Positions 10,151 to 22,044 of a stretch of 53,468 nucleotides of DNA are shown piece by piece. How positions within the stretch are numbered: the stretch's first letter is position 1; each line of letters begins with the position of its first letter. The translations under genes and the position numbers were made by a program. The notes under the pieces were generated by a model. The model was not told where the DNA came from and made no database searches. It saw only the letters and a program-made list of their open reading frames with translations. The DNA comes from Mitosporidium daphniae. Lineage: Eukaryota. Where the stretch lies: assembly GCF_000760515.2 (NCBI RefSeq), contig NW_013546622.1, forward strand, positions 62,001-115,468, written 5' to 3'.

Positions 10151-11839
10151 ATGACAAAGTTTATCCTTGTAACTGGCGGCGTCATTTCTGGCGTTGGGAA
10201 GGGCATAATTGCCTCGTCTACTGGGTTCCTTTTGCGGACGCTCGGTTTTAATGTCACGGCCATTAAGATCGATCCCTATTTAAATATCGATGCGGGAACG
10301 ATTAGCCCCCTTGACCATGGCGAAGTGTTTGTTCTCGATGATGGCGGCGAAGTTGATATGGACCTGGGAAATTATGAACGCTTTCTTGACGTCACTTTAA
10401 CCAAAGACCACAACCTGACAACGGGGAAAATATACTCGCAAGTCATTGAGCGCGAAAGAAAGGGTGATTATTTGGGGAAAACCGTTCAAGTTGTGCCTCA
10501 TTTGACCAATGCCATTCAAAACTGGGTTGAGCGGGTCTCAACTATCATCGTGTCGAAGCGGTTTACCTCCTCGCCGCCAGATATCTGTATCGTCGAGCTT
10601 GGGGGCACAGTAGGTGATATCGAGTCGGCACCATTCATCGAAGCAATGCGCCAGTTTCAATTCCGCGTGGGGCATGAAAACTTTTGCTGCTTCCACGTCT
10701 CGCTGGTGCCGGTGGTTGGGTCTGTGGGTGAGCAGAAAACAAAACCCACTCAAGCATCGGTGAGAGACCTGCGAGGATTGGGAATTTCGCCGGATTTCAT
10801 CATATGCCGCTCGACACACCCTCTCGAGTCTGCCATAAACGAAAAGATCTCCATGTTTTGCCACGTCCCTCCAGAGCAAGTGCTTGCTGTCCAGGACTGC
10901 CCCTCGCTTTATCATGTCCCGTTAAATTTACACTCGCAAAATATCACCAAAATGCTCTGTGATCGCTTGAAGATTTCCCCGCCTCTTCTAGCAGGCAATA
11001 CTCTCTTTGATGAGTGGAAGGTTATCGCCAATTGCATCGACAATCCCAAATCACATTGCCGAATTGCGCTTGTGGGAAAATATACGAATTTGTCTGATTC
11101 GTACATCTCTGTAATAAAGTCGATGCAGCATGCCTCATTGTTCCTGGGGCATGCCCTGGATCTTGTGATGGTGGAGGCCTCAAACTTGACCAAAGAAGAT
11201 GCCGCCAGTTCGATTGCGTATGATCTTTCGTGGAAAAATATCAAATCTGCAAATGGCATCCTTGTTCCAGGCGGCTTTGGCAGCAGAGGTACCGAAGGCA
11301 TGCTGCTGGCGGCACAATATGCTCGCGAAAACAAGGTGCCATTTTTTGGAATTTGCCTGGGCTTTCAAATCGCCACTATCGAGGCTGCTCGCAACTTGGG
11401 TGGACTGACCCATGCCAATTCTTCAGAGATTGACCCATCTACGCCAGATCCAGTGATCAAGTTTATGCCAGAGATTTCACAAACGCATCTGGGAGGCACC
11501 ATGCGGCTGGGTGCACGTGCCTTCAAGTTTGTTGATGACAAGAGTCAGGCATTCCGTCTGTATGGCGGCTTGGAATTTACCCACTTGGACCGCCATCGAC
11601 ATCGCTACGAGGTCAACCCGGAGTATGTGGACTTTCTGGAGCAGCGCTGCAACATCAACTTTGTGGCGCGTGATGCCGAGACCGGCATCAGGATGGAGAT
11701 CCTAGAAATTGACGATCATCACCATCCCTACTATGTTGCCTGCCAATTTCACCCGGAATTTATGAGCCGGCCACTAGGCCCGTCGCCCCTCATTGTGGGC
11801 TTTATCAGGGCTGCCTCTATCAACATCATTGCCTCGTAA
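10151..11839 (+). CDS. URA7: CTP synthase, intronless
   Basis: Motifs KFILVTGGVISGVGKG, KIDPYLNIDAG, KTKPTQ, GICLG, MRLG, RHRHRYEVNP and QFHPEF. Confidence 0.99.
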   Translation: MTKFILVTGGVISGVGKGIIASSTGFLLRTLGFNVTAIKIDPYLNIDAGTISPLDHGEVFVLDDGGEVDMDLGNYERFLDVTLTKDHNLTTGKIYSQVIERERKGDYLGKTVQVVPHLTNAIQNWVERVSTIIVSKRFTSSPPDICIVELGGTVGDIESAPFIEAMRQFQFRVGHENFCCFHVSLVPVVGSVGEQKTKPTQASVRDLRGLGISPDFIICRSTHPLESAINEKISMFCHVPPEQVLAVQDCPSLYHVPLNLHSQNITKMLCDRLKISPPLLAGNTLFDEWKVIANCIDNPKSHCRIALVGKYTNLSDSYISVIKSMQHASLFLGHALDLVMVEASNLTKEDAASSIAYDLSWKNIKSANGILVPGGFGSRGTEGMLLAAQYARENKVPFFGICLGFQIATIEAARNLGGLTHANSSEIDPSTPDPVIKFMPEISQTHLGGTMRLGARAFKFVDDKSQAFRLYGGLEFTHLDRHRHRYEVNPEYVDFLEQRCNINFVARDAETGIRMEILEIDDHHHPYYVACQFHPEFMSRPLGPSPLIVGFIRAASINIIAS

Positions 11840-11923
11840 CATGGTGGCGGCGGTACCTCCGTTAATTTTGACAATACCCAATTTAAATTTTAATCGCAGT
11901 TTGCAATTTAAGTTTCTCTGTAG

Positions 11924-14900
11924 ATGACTGCATCGTTGTCGTCGCTTCCTTTTGTTAAGCCGAGGAGAAGAAAATCCTCTGCCAACAATGCCAAGGCTAA
12001 GCGAGGCCCGAGGGTATCTGCAATGGGGATTCCCAAAGGAGCGCCTCTCGTCAAGGCACGCAAAGAGATGATGCCTCCAGAGCATCTGCGCAAGATCATC
12101 CGCGACCATGGCGATCTTTCATCAAAAAAGTTTCGCTCAGACAAGCGCGTTTATTTGGGGGCTCTCAAGTTTGTGCCACACGCTATTTTGAAGCTATTGG
12201 AAAATATGCCGATGCCGTGGGAGCAGAGTCGCTGGGTTCGCGTGCTATACCATATCACGGGTGCACTGACGTTTGTCGACGAAAGTCCGTGGGTAATTCC
12301 GCCTGTATTTATCGCGCAATGGGCCACCCTTTGGGTGGCTATGCGACGGGAGAAGCGGGATCGCAAGCACTTTAAACGCATGCGCTTTCCACCCTTTGAC
12401 GATGAAGAGCCGCCCATAGATTATGGAGATAACGTGCTGGATATCCCCCCATTGGATGCCATCCAGCTGGAGCTCGATGGCGCTGGAGATGACCAGGCCA
12501 TTGCCTCGTGGTTTTACAATGAAGGCTCACAGCCATTGCGGGGAACCCCTTTCGTGGCGGGCACATCGCAGTATCGCCACTGGAGCCTGCCATTGCGCGT
12601 GATGGCCAATCTGCATCGTTTGTCGCGGCCGTTGATATCCGAGCTGACGATGGATCCGAATTACACTTATCTTTTTGACCTTCCCGCTTTTTTTACGGCC
12701 AAGGCGCTCAATGTGGCCATCCCTGGGGGGCCCAAGTTCGAGCCGCTTGCAGAGGTGCGTGATGCACATGCTGCATCGTTAGATGACGATTGGAACGAGT
12801 TTAATGACATCCGCAAACTGATTGTGCGTCATCCGATGCGCTCTGAATATCGCATTGCATTCCCTTTTCTTTATAACTCGGTGCTGCCGGTGCGCGAGAC
12901 ATTTTTGGGGCAGTACCATGCACCACCTTTGGTCGTGGTCCGTGCAGAAGATCCGGAGCTGCCGGCGTTCTTTTTTGACCCGTCCTTGAATCCAATTTCG
13001 CATCGCGGACTGTTTTCAATTGATGACCTTGAAGATACCAGTGAGCTGAATCAGCATGTGGTACGGCTTGCTTCACCGCCGCTTGCTTCTCTCTCTCTTC
13101 TGGACGAAAGTGAAGGAAGCTTTGCAGCCAAACAAGCATTGGCTCTTTTTTGGGCGCCCTGGCCCTTTTGCATACGGACTGGACGCACAAGCCGCGCTCA
13201 AGATGTCCCGCTGGTGAAAGATTTCTTTTTGGAACATTGCCCGCCAGGACAACCGGTCAAGGTGCGTGTTTCCTATCAAAAGCTGCTTAAATGCCACGTG
13301 TCCCGAGCACTGACGGAGCATCGGCGGCGAGCTCGCCGCGGCCCACGAAGTGCGCTTGGGCGCCGCTCCCTTTTCACAACTCTTGCAGCAACAAAGTTTT
13401 TCCAAGTCACCGAGATCGATTGGGTGGAAGCGGGGTTACAGCTCATCCGCCAGGGCTACAACATGCTCAATCTGCTGATCACGCGCAAAGGGCTTGATTA
13501 CCTACATCTCGATTATAATTTCAACCTGAAGCCTGTGCGTACCCTGACCACAAAGGAGCGCAAGCGTTCGCGCTTTGGGAACGCGTTCCATCTGTTGCGC
13601 GAAATTCTTCGATTGACCAAAATCGTCGTCGATTCGCACGTGCAATTCCGTCTTGGGCACATTGATGCGTTCCAGCTTGCCGATGGCCTGCACTACATTT
13701 TTACACACGTCGGACAGCTGACCGGAATGTATCGCTACAAGTACAAACTGATGCGTCAAGTGCGAATGGCCAAAGATTTGAAACATCTGCTCTATTATCG
13801 CTTCAATGTGGGCCCTGTGGGCAAGGGACCCGGATGCGGCTTTTGGGCGCCTTCTTGGCGCATATGGATCTTTTTCTTACGAGGCATCATTCCGCTTTTA
13901 GAACGCTGGTTGCAGAACTTGCTTGCAAGGCACTTTGAGGGTCGTGCTGGGCGCTCCGTGGCAAAAACGGTCACCAAGCAGCGCGTGGAAACTCATTATG
14001 ATCTCGAGCTACGCGCCTCCGTGCTTGCAGACATCCTCGACATGATGCCAGAAGGCATTCGTGCAAACAAGAGCCGCACAATTTTGCAACACCTTTCGGA
14101 GGCGTGGCGGTGTTGGAAAGCAAACGTACCGTGGAAAGTTCCGGGGCTCCCTGCGCCGCTGGAGAACCTTATCCTTAGATATGTCAAGAACAAGGCAGAT
14201 TGGTGGACCTCCGTCACGCACTACAATCGAGAGCGCATTCGACGAGGAGCAACGGTCGATAAGACCGTATGCAAAAAAAACCTTGGACGGCTGACGCGGC
14301 TTTATCTCAAGGCAGAGCAGGAGCGCCAAGCAGACTACCTCAAAGATGGCCCATATGTGGGTGCAGAAGAGGCCGTGGCAATCTACACCACCGCCGTGCA
14401 TTGGTTGGAGGCGCGGCGGTTTGCGCCAATCCCAATGCCCCCACTCACATACAAGCATGATACGAAGCTGCTGATCCTGGCGCTGGAGCGTTTGCGAGAA
14501 GCGTATTCGGTCAAGGGGCGACTGAACGCAAACCAAAGAGAAGAACTTGCACTGATTGAACAGGCATATGATAATCCCCATGAGGCGCTGGCACGCATAA
14601 AACGACTGCTATTGACGCAGCGAGCATTCAAAGAGTGTGGTATCGAGTTTATGGATCTTTTTGCCCATCTGACACCGGTCTACGATGTGGAGCCGCTGGA
14701 AAAGATCACAGATGCATATCTTGACCAGTATCTGTGGTACGAGGCAGAGAAGCGGGGGCTTTTCCCGTGCTGGATCAAGCCTTCGGACAGCGAGCCGATG
14801 CCTATACTTGTACATCGGTGGACCCAGGCGCTCGCTTCTGCTCCAGGCGTTTGGCCCGGTCTGGGGGCTGAAAATGCATCCAATGGGAGCAGTGGAGTTG

Positions 14901-17900
14901 CATCATCATCATCATCGGGGTCCCCTTGTGGCGCCTCAGTTCTGCTCTCGGCAACTTTGGGACGCGTTGCTGATAAGATGGACCTCACGCTTTTGAATCG
15001 GCTATTGCGGTTGGTGGTCGATGCTAGTCTTGCTGATTACATGTCCGCAAAGAACAACATCACCTTTCACTACAAGGACATGTCACACAAAAACTCGCTT
15101 GGCCTCATTAGAGGGCTTCAGTTTGCCCCGTTCATCTTTTCATACTACTCGCTGATTATTGATCTGCTGATCCTTGGGCTGCCGCTGGCGGCGCACATGG
15201 CGGGACCTCCTGAGCGTTCTGCTGCCTTTCCAGGGGCCACTGGCCCTTACATTCCGGAAGGCGCCAGTCCCCATCCGATCCGGCTCTACATGCGCATTGT
15301 AGACCGAATATATCTGTTATTGGTGTTTGAAGGTGAAGTGGAGCGTAGAGCGCTTGTACAGCGTTTTCTCGCTCAGCATCCAGACCCGAACGCAGAAAAT
15401 GTAGTCGGGTACCCAAATCGAAAAATCTGGCCGCGAGATGCGCGCATGCGACTTTTGCGGTCCGATGTCAATTTGGGACGTGCCGTCTGGTGGGAAATTG
15501 CGCAACGCATTCCGCGCTCGATTGCCGTTATCGAGTGGGCACCTATAGGCGGAACTACCGCTGACGGTGTTGTGGCACCGCTTTTTGCTAGTGTTTGTTC
15601 CGGTGCACAATCAAACCCGGCATTGCTTTTTGAGATGGGAGGCTTTGAGGTGCGATTGATGCCCGTGGCGTGGACGGGCGCCACAATTTCAGAAAGCGAT
15701 GGTACTTGGCGCTTTGCTACCGCTACCCTTGGAGAGAGGACAGCTGTGGCACGACTGCGCGTTTCAGAAGCTGCCGTGGTGCGCTTCCACAACCGTATTC
15801 GCCAAGTTCTGATGGCATCTGGAGCGACCACTTTTACCAAAATCGCAAACAAATGGAACACAGCTCTGATTGGGCTGGTGACCTACTTTCGAGAAGCAAT
15901 TATTCAGAGCCGCGACCTGCTTGATCTGATTGTGCGGTGCGAGGGCAAAATCCAGACGCGCATCAAAATGGGGCTAAACTCCAAAATGCCTTCGCGCTTT
16001 CCGCCCGTACTGTTTTATGCTCCCAAAGAGTTAGGAGGCCTAGGCATGCTTTCCATGGGCCACATTCTAATCCCAGCTTCAGACATGCGCTATTCAACAC
16101 AATCAGAAGCTGGCTCTGCAATCACACACTTTCGATCCGGTCTTTCACACGAAGCAGACACATTGATTCCAAACATTTGGCGCTACGTGGTTCCCTGGGC
16201 CTCCGAAATCACAGAATCAGCACGCGTATGGGCAGAATACGCCATGAAGCGAGCGGAGGCTGCAACGCTCTCCAAAAGACTTTCGCTGGAAGATCTCGAG
16301 GGCATCTGGGATTACGGTGTGCCTCGGATCTCAACACTGTTCCAAAAAGATCGACATACCCTGGCGTACGACAAGGGTTGGCGCATGCGCGCCGAGTTCA
16401 AGTCTTATTCGATTTTGAAAGTGAATCCATTCTGGTGGACCCATGCACGGCATGATGGAAAGTTGTGGAACCTAAACGCCTACCGGACAGACATGATCCA
16501 AGCATTGGGTGGCGTGGAGGCAATTTTGGAGCACTCGCTCTTTAAAGGCACCGGATTTGCCACATGGGAAGGACTATTCTGGGAAAAGGCTTCAGGCTTT
16601 GAGGATTCACTTTCGTTCAAAAAGCTGACAAACGCGCAGCGGTCCGGGCTTTCACAAATCCCAAATCGGCGGTGGACGTTGTGGTGGTCGCCAACGATCA
16701 ACCGGGCGTCCGTATATATTGGCTTCCAGGTGCAATTGGATCTCACAGGCATCTTTATGCATGGCAAGATCCCGACACTCAAGATTTCACTGATCCAGAT
16801 TTTTCGGGCGCACTTGTGGCAAAAGATCCACGAATCCGTCGTGATGGACTTGTGTCAGGTGTTTGACCAGGAGCTGGAGGCACTTGCGCTCGACGCAGTC
16901 CACAAAGAGACCATTCATCCGCGGAAATCATACAAAATGAACTCATCCTGTGCGGATATCCTATTATGGGCAGCTTCACGGTGGCCCGTCTCAACGCCAT
17001 CTTTGCTTTCAGATGCCGAGGGCGATTTTGGTGGCACAACAGCCAATAGCCTGTGGATTGATGTGCAGCTGCGCTGGGGTGACTTTGATAGTCACGACAT
17101 TGAACGGTACACACGCGCAAAGTTCCTGGACTATACTACTGATGCGATGAGTCTGTACCCGGGACCGCATGGCTTGATGATTGGGCTGGATCTTGCATAC
17201 AACTATGCAACGGCATATGGGCACTGGGTGCCAGGGTTGAAACCGCTGGTGCGGAGCGCCATCGCGACCATTCACAAGTCATCTCCGGCGCTTTACGTGC
17301 TTAGAGAGCGTATCCGCAAGGGATTGCAGCTTTATGCCTCGGAGCCACTGGAGCCATATCTTTCTTCTGCAAATTATGGAGAGCTCTTTGCAGGTGGTAC
17401 GACATGGTTTGTCGATGACTCTGCCGTTTACCGTGTAACGATTCACAAGACATTTGAAGGCAATTTAACAACACGGCCAATCAACGGCGCCATTTTGATC
17501 TTTAACCCTCGTACTGGGCAGCTTTTCATGAAGATCATCCACACTTCAGTGTGGGCGGGGCAAAAGCGGTTGGGACAGCTTGCTAAATGGAAGACGGCAG
17601 AAGAAGTGGCTGCATTGACGCGATCGCTGCCACCGGAAGAGCAGCCAGGAACGGTCATCGTGACGCGCAAAGGAATGTTGGACCCACTGGAGGTGCATCT
17701 GTTGGACTTTCCAAACATTGTCATTAAGGGCTCTGAGCTGGCCATTCCATTTGCGGCGTTGTTGAAAATTGAGGCCAAGTTTGGGATGGTGGTAGCGCGA
17801 GCAACCGAGCCGCAAATGATGCTTTTTTCTCTCTTTGACGATTGGCTGCTGCGCATCTCGTCGTTCACTGCCTTTTCGCGGCTAGTACTGCTGCTGCGAG

Positions 17901-19183
17901 CTCTGCACGTGGATGGAGAAGGCGCAAAGGGCGTGTTGACACGCCTTGGCGTGCCAACGGAGGCTCATCATCTTTGGCCAAGCTTTTCTGACGCGCAATG
18001 GATCGAGGTTGAAAATGCGTTGCGAGATTTGATTCTGTCAGACTATGCACGGCGGAACAACATCGCAAATGTGGGTGCTCTAACGCAATCTGAAATCAGA
18101 GATATCATCCTTGGGATGGAAGTAGCATCTCCGGCACTTCAAAGACAGCAGGCAGCAGCGGCAGCCATTGATGCGCCAAAACAAGACCAGGCAGAGCAGT
18201 CTCGATCTGTACGATCGACCAATGTGCACGGAGATGAGATGGTTGTGGCAACGACAAGCGCCTATGAAACTATAGTGTTCTCGTCGCGGGCAGATTGGCG
18301 GCAGCGTGCTTTGGCTGCCCAGCGCCTCCCGGCGCGCGTCCTTGTAACTGGTGGATTATCATCTACCGGCACGATCGCCGGCGGCAGCGATAAAAAAAGC
18401 GGGCTCACTGCAGAGATCGTCGTTTCCAACGCTGCACATTTGAACGATGCCGATGTTGCTGCACAAACCAATACTCCCACTTCGCTGATCGTACCTCGGC
18501 GGTTGATGCGGCGGCTGGTTGCCGTTGCTGATACGCGCGTGCAAGTTATGGCTTTATTATATGGTGTGCGTGCTGCTGGACAGGGTGATTGGGTTGCATG
18601 TGTGTGGGTCATGGTCCCACAATGGGGAACTTCCAGCGGAGTGCATTTTAGCGGACGAGCTCCGCGCAACCTGCAAGAAGCGCTCACTTCAGCGGTCCCG
18701 GCTGCTTTGGCAGGCGCACTGACCTTTCTCGGCATCATACACACCATTTTTTCTGGCGCAGAAGACCGAAACGCCCTGCTGGCCAAGGTTCTTGACAGCG
18801 AAATTGGCCGGCGACATGCCACGGACACTCGCGTGGCGCCCGTGACCTTGTCACTTGCCATTGGGCCTGCTTCGTGTGTGCTTTCTTCTCCAGACGTTGT
18901 TGATGTGCGTATCGTCGATGATGAAGCCAATGGCTCCGGAACAGCCACCGCCATTGCCTGTGGTGCCTTTCTTGTTCCGGCCCGCGACGCACCGTGGAAC
19001 TACTCCTTTATGGCTGTCAAGCATACACCGACGCTCGCATATGAACTAGAACTTGGATGTCCAAAATCCTTTTATGACGAGGCGCACAGACCACAGCACT
19101 TTATGCTTGGACAGGCTGGACACCTGGAAGATGCGCCCCGGCCCGCCAAACACATTATTCCCGCGGGCACCTTGATCGAGTGA
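11924..19183 (+). CDS. PRP8: Pre-mRNA splicing factor Prp8 (2419 aa), intronless CDS, no intein
   Basis: Motifs [68 protein letters not shown] and [11 protein letters not shown]. Confidence 0.99.
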   Translation: MTASLSSLPFVKPRRRKSSANNAKAKRGPRVSAMGIPKGAPLVKARKEMMPPEHLRKIIRDHGDLSSKKFRSDKRVYLGALKFVPHAILKLLENMPMPWEQSRWVRVLYHITGALTFVDESPWVIPPVFIAQWATLWVAMRREKRDRKHFKRMRFPPFDDEEPPIDYGDNVLDIPPLDAIQLELDGAGDDQAIASWFYNEGSQPLRGTPFVAGTSQYRHWSLPLRVMANLHRLSRPLISELTMDPNYTYLFDLPAFFTAKALNVAIPGGPKFEPLAEVRDAHAASLDDDWNEFNDIRKLIVRHPMRSEYRIAFPFLYNSVLPVRETFLGQYHAPPLVVVRAEDPELPAFFFDPSLNPISHRGLFSIDDLEDTSELNQHVVRLASPPLASLSLLDESEGSFAAKQALALFWAPWPFCIRTGRTSRAQDVPLVKDFFLEHCPPGQPVKVRVSYQKLLKCHVSRALTEHRRRARRGPRSALGRRSLFTTLAATKFFQVTEIDWVEAGLQLIRQGYNMLNLLITRKGLDYLHLDYNFNLKPVRTLTTKERKRSRFGNAFHLLREILRLTKIVVDSHVQFRLGHIDAFQLADGLHYIFTHVGQLTGMYRYKYKLMRQVRMAKDLKHLLYYRFNVGPVGKGPGCGFWAPSWRIWIFFLRGIIPLLERWLQNLLARHFEGRAGRSVAKTVTKQRVETHYDLELRASVLADILDMMPEGIRANKSRTILQHLSEAWRCWKANVPWKVPGLPAPLENLILRYVKNKADWWTSVTHYNRERIRRGATVDKTVCKKNLGRLTRLYLKAEQERQADYLKDGPYVGAEEAVAIYTTAVHWLEARRFAPIPMPPLTYKHDTKLLILALERLREAYSVKGRLNANQREELALIEQAYDNPHEALARIKRLLLTQRAFKECGIEFMDLFAHLTPVYDVEPLEKITDAYLDQYLWYEAEKRGLFPCWIKPSDSEPMPILVHRWTQALASAPGVWPGLGAENASNGSSGVASSSSSGSPCGASVLLSATLGRVADKMDLTLLNRLLRLVVDASLADYMSAKNNITFHYKDMSHKNSLGLIRGLQFAPFIFSYYSLIIDLLILGLPLAAHMAGPPERSAAFPGATGPYIPEGASPHPIRLYMRIVDRIYLLLVFEGEVERRALVQRFLAQHPDPNAENVVGYPNRKIWPRDARMRLLRSDVNLGRAVWWEIAQRIPRSIAVIEWAPIGGTTADGVVAPLFASVCSGAQSNPALLFEMGGFEVRLMPVAWTGATISESDGTWRFATATLGERTAVARLRVSEAAVVRFHNRIRQVLMASGATTFTKIANKWNTALIGLVTYFREAIIQSRDLLDLIVRCEGKIQTRIKMGLNSKMPSRFPPVLFYAPKELGGLGMLSMGHILIPASDMRYSTQSEAGSAITHFRSGLSHEADTLIPNIWRYVVPWASEITESARVWAEYAMKRAEAATLSKRLSLEDLEGIWDYGVPRISTLFQKDRHTLAYDKGWRMRAEFKSYSILKVNPFWWTHARHDGKLWNLNAYRTDMIQALGGVEAILEHSLFKGTGFATWEGLFWEKASGFEDSLSFKKLTNAQRSGLSQIPNRRWTLWWSPTINRASVYIGFQVQLDLTGIFMHGKIPTLKISLIQIFRAHLWQKIHESVVMDLCQVFDQELEALALDAVHKETIHPRKSYKMNSSCADILLWAASRWPVSTPSLLSDAEGDFGGTTANSLWIDVQLRWGDFDSHDIERYTRAKFLDYTTDAMSLYPGPHGLMIGLDLAYNYATAYGHWVPGLKPLVRSAIATIHKSSPALYVLRERIRKGLQLYASEPLEPYLSSANYGELFAGGTTWFVDDSAVYRVTIHKTFEGNLTTRPINGAILIFNPRTGQLFMKIIHTSVWAGQKRLGQLAKWKTAEEVAALTRSLPPEEQPGTVIVTRKGMLDPLEVHLLDFPNIVIKGSELAIPFAALLKIEAKFGMVVARATEPQMMLFSLFDDWLLRISSFTAFSRLVLLLRALHVDGEGAKGVLTRLGVPTEAHHLWPSFSDAQWIEVENALRDLILSDYARRNNIANVGALTQSEIRDIILGMEVASPALQRQQAAAAAIDAPKQDQAEQSRSVRSTNVHGDEMVVATTSAYETIVFSSRADWRQRALAAQRLPARVLVTGGLSSTGTIAGGSDKKSGLTAEIVVSNAAHLNDADVAAQTNTPTSLIVPRRLMRRLVAVADTRVQVMALLYGVRAAGQGDWVACVWVMVPQWGTSSGVHFSGRAPRNLQEALTSAVPAALAGALTFLGIIHTIFSGAEDRNALLAKVLDSEIGRRHATDTRVAPVTLSLAIGPASCVLSSPDVVDVRIVDDEANGSGTATAIACGAFLVPARDAPWNYSFMAVKHTPTLAYELELGCPKSFYDEAHRPQHFMLGQAGHLEDAPRPAKHIIPAGTLIE

Positions 19184-19392
19184 TCATTAAATTGATAATT
19201 TTATAAATTTATTGCTACTCGATGATGGATGGCCATTCGTTCGTGCCTGGTGGTATGTTTTTGCGTTGTAGCGGTGAAGCCGCATGGAGGGGTGTATTTT
19301 GACGGTGCATTCGTCCATGTGGAGTTGCTGCCCTTCCGTGGACAGTGATCGTTTGGTTTAAAATTTCATTAGTTTACACAACAAGAAAAACT

Positions 19393-20739
19393 CTACGCTG
19401 AAATTGGGATGGGAGAAGTTGAAAGCCATGCTCCCCAAAGTACTGCAGCACTTAGATTCATTATGGCGGAAATGAGAAAAATTATCCTCCATGCCATGTA
19501 GCACGATGCGGGTTCGGCAAGTGTATCTGTACATCCCCCGGCTTGGAAAAGGGCAGAGGCAACCATTGGCGAGATTATCCCGACCACCGAAACAGAAAAG
19601 AACGCCGCTCCCGTTATTTTGCCAATGTTTACTGGAGACCTGCACAGGTCCAGGCCGTTTGGGCCAAAGGAGCTTTTACACACGCCTGAAACGGACACGA
19701 CTGCTGAAATTAGTGCAAAATTCACAACATTTCCGTAAGCGTGTGTGGGGGGCCCAAAAAAGATGCCCAAAGTAAACAGCAAAATGGCGCAAAGCAGATA
19801 CCCAAATATGCCCATTCCCCTCCTAATGTCGTGCAAAAGATACTTTTTGGACACAAGATAATCGGTAAGGATGCCCGTAAAAACGGTAAGCACCCAAAAG
19901 CAGGAATATGGGATGGCCGACAAAAGCTGCTGCTGGTCCGTGCCAAAATGCAGCAAGAAGCGCAGGAGCTTTGGAAGGAAAGAGATCACAATCATCATGA
20001 ACCAGTTGTAGGCAACACATGCACCCACATACGCCCAGAATGCCTTTTGCGAAAAGATAAATACCCATGACATCTCAGGCTCGCAATGGTATTGCTGATC
20101 CCCAGTGCCGCCAGAGCCTTTTGGAGAAAACGCAGCAGCAGTCAGCATATAAAGTACCCATGCAATGGTGACAATGATGCCGAGAACACCGAGAACTATA
20201 AACTGCAGCTGCCATGCAACAAGAGACTTAATGTTGTTTGAGGTGATGAAAACGGTCAGCAGTTTGAACAGAAACGGCGATACGAGCAAAACAAAAATGC
20301 TGCCCGCCTGTCCTCCAGAAAACACAAAATTGACAACGGTCGATTTGGAGTTTTTGGGGATTTCTATCCCCAAAACTGCCATGATGGCAGGGTAAAGAAC
20401 ACCCTGCGATGCGCCCATGATTGTTCGCAGCAGGATCAAAATAGCAAAGGGATAGTTTTCTGCGGCAGCTGGGATCATTGCAAATGTGATTGCGGAAAAA
20501 AACATTGAAAGCGCGGAAAGCCGACGTCCACCAATGGCTTTGCACAGGATGCCCGCTAATATCTGGACAAGCAGATATCCAAAATAAAATGCGCCCTGCA
20601 GATATCCCTGCTGTAGCTGGGACCAATTTTTTGCGGAAGGGATGACCAGAATACTTTGCGAAAAGTATACTCTTTGCACGTACAAAACAAACACACTAAA
20701 GAATCCGACCAAAGAGAGAGAGGACAAAATGGCCCTCAT
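19393..20739 (-). CDS. MFS transporter, anion:cation symporter (SLC17/sialin-like) family, intronless
   Basis: Motifs WSQLQQGYLQGAFYFGYLLVQILAG and LRTIMGASQGVLYPA; about 12 hydrophobic segments. Confidence 0.85.
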   Translation of the reverse strand: MRAILSSLSLVGFFSVFVLYVQRVYFSQSILVIPSAKNWSQLQQGYLQGAFYFGYLLVQILAGILCKAIGGRRLSALSMFFSAITFAMIPAAAENYPFAILILLRTIMGASQGVLYPAIMAVLGIEIPKNSKSTVVNFVFSGGQAGSIFVLLVSPFLFKLLTVFITSNNIKSLVAWQLQFIVLGVLGIIVTIAWVLYMLTAAAFSPKGSGGTGDQQYHCEPEMSWVFIFSQKAFWAYVGACVAYNWFMMIVISFLPKLLRFLLHFGTDQQQLLSAIPYSCFWVLTVFTGILTDYLVSKKYLLHDIRRGMGIFGYLLCAILLFTLGIFFGPPTHAYGNVVNFALISAVVSVSGVCKSSFGPNGLDLCRSPVNIGKITGAAFFSVSVVGIISPMVASALFQAGGCTDTLAEPASCYMAWRIIFLISAIMNLSAAVLWGAWLSTSPIPISA

Positions 20740-21009
20740 TATTCAACTTCCGAAAAAAAAAATACATGAAAATGGAAAATTTTAATTGGCTATTCAAATT
20801 GATCCGCTTCAAATGGCCAAATTAATAATCTTTTAACGGGTGTCAACAAAATTTCTGCGCCCACCGTGAACCTTTAAAACCAAAGTTTAGGATGGCCCCG
20901 AAATTTTAACTTTGCAATTTAAGCTTTGAAGAAACAATTGGTATTTGTCTGCCTTTCGCAACCGCTTGCACAAGGGCGACCCTCACTCAATATTCGCCAC
21001 ATGTGGTGC

Positions 21010-22002
21010 ACATAAGGTTTTCAGCAGTAAAATATTTGTGTCCATTTATTAAATATGTAAACCCGACAAGCAAGCAAATATGCCTCCAAACAGAAAGAGA
21101 AGCCAGCTAAATAAAAACCATTCTTTGACAATAGACCTTCTTTGTCCCCTGTACCAATAAGCATGCGTGTGATGGCTAGAAGTTTAAATTATAAAAGTAC
21201 ATCGTCGAGGCTACCCTAAACTTCGGACAAAATTTCCTCGTCAATCCGAGACTTTATTGCGTATTCAAGATATTTAACCAAAGTAGTGAGTTCACAAAAA
21301 TGCTAAATAATTTTCAAAAGGAAAAGATGGCACCAGCGCTAATCCTAGCCCGGCCAATGAAATACACAAGTGAAGCAATTCGGTGCTTCAATTTTCTGAA
21401 TTTAATTGGTCACGCTCGCAATTATTCAATTTAGCCTTTTGATTGGCTGAAAAATGGCGGCATGTTTTTCGAAAAATAGCATGCCTCAATCGCCATTGAA
21501 AACATGTTCTTTTTCGTAGCCTGCATCGGGGTTTTTGCATTCCCATCGATTCTTCATGCTGCTGCGAATAGATTTTAGTTATTGATCACAACGATTGAAG
21601 AAACCGAGCTCATGAATCAGGGAGGTTGGTTGACCGGAATTTAAAATAACTGTCCTCCATAGGAAGGCACGCAAGTGGGAAAATCAGGCCAAGGCATGCA
21701 GCCGCAGCAATCTGTGAGGCTGAATTAATAGCCTCCAGGCGCGGTGAATGTATATCCATGTACAGAGGCAGCATAATTAATATGGGAAATGAGGCTAAAA
21801 AATTGGTGCTACTTCTAAAATTGTGGATCGCAGGCATGAAGAAGCCTTGCTCAGGGATAAAGCCGAGCCTCACCAATAAACGCCGATTCATACAGAATGT
21901 GCAGCCAAAATAGGTACCAAATCTGCTATTTAAATTAAATTTTAGCATTTTAAGGGTTGACATGCGCCATATGGGGGTGGATAGGAAATCTTTTATTTCC
22001 AT
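21010..22002 (-). pseudogene. Possible decayed membrane-protein gene
   Basis: About 1.2 kb gap in a compact genome. The minus strand gives a 130-aa ORF plus hydrophobic fragments (LLHLCISLAGLGLALVPSF; WFLFSWLLFLFGGIFACLSGLHI) separated by stops, and I found no introns that rescue them. Confidence 0.25.
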
Positions 22003-22044
22003 ACACTAATGATGTACATATAACGGAGGCTTCAAAAGGGAGTC

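Noticed and set aside
16560..16620. PRP8 intein
   Set aside because: The canonical fungal insertion site reads [13 protein letters not shown] uninterrupted, the protein length is normal and I saw no homing-endonuclease motifs.
12151..18992. Many antisense and alternate-frame ORFs within PRP8 (likewise in CHD and the WD40 gene)
   Set aside because: Shadow ORFs expected in GC-richer coding DNA; no motifs or independent signals.
19184..19392. Possible snRNA/snoRNA or micro-ORF between convergent PRP8 and MFS genes
   Set aside because: No U1, U2, U5 or U6 signature or complete C/D box pair seen; the short minus-strand ORFs are unsupported without an Rfam scan or expression data.
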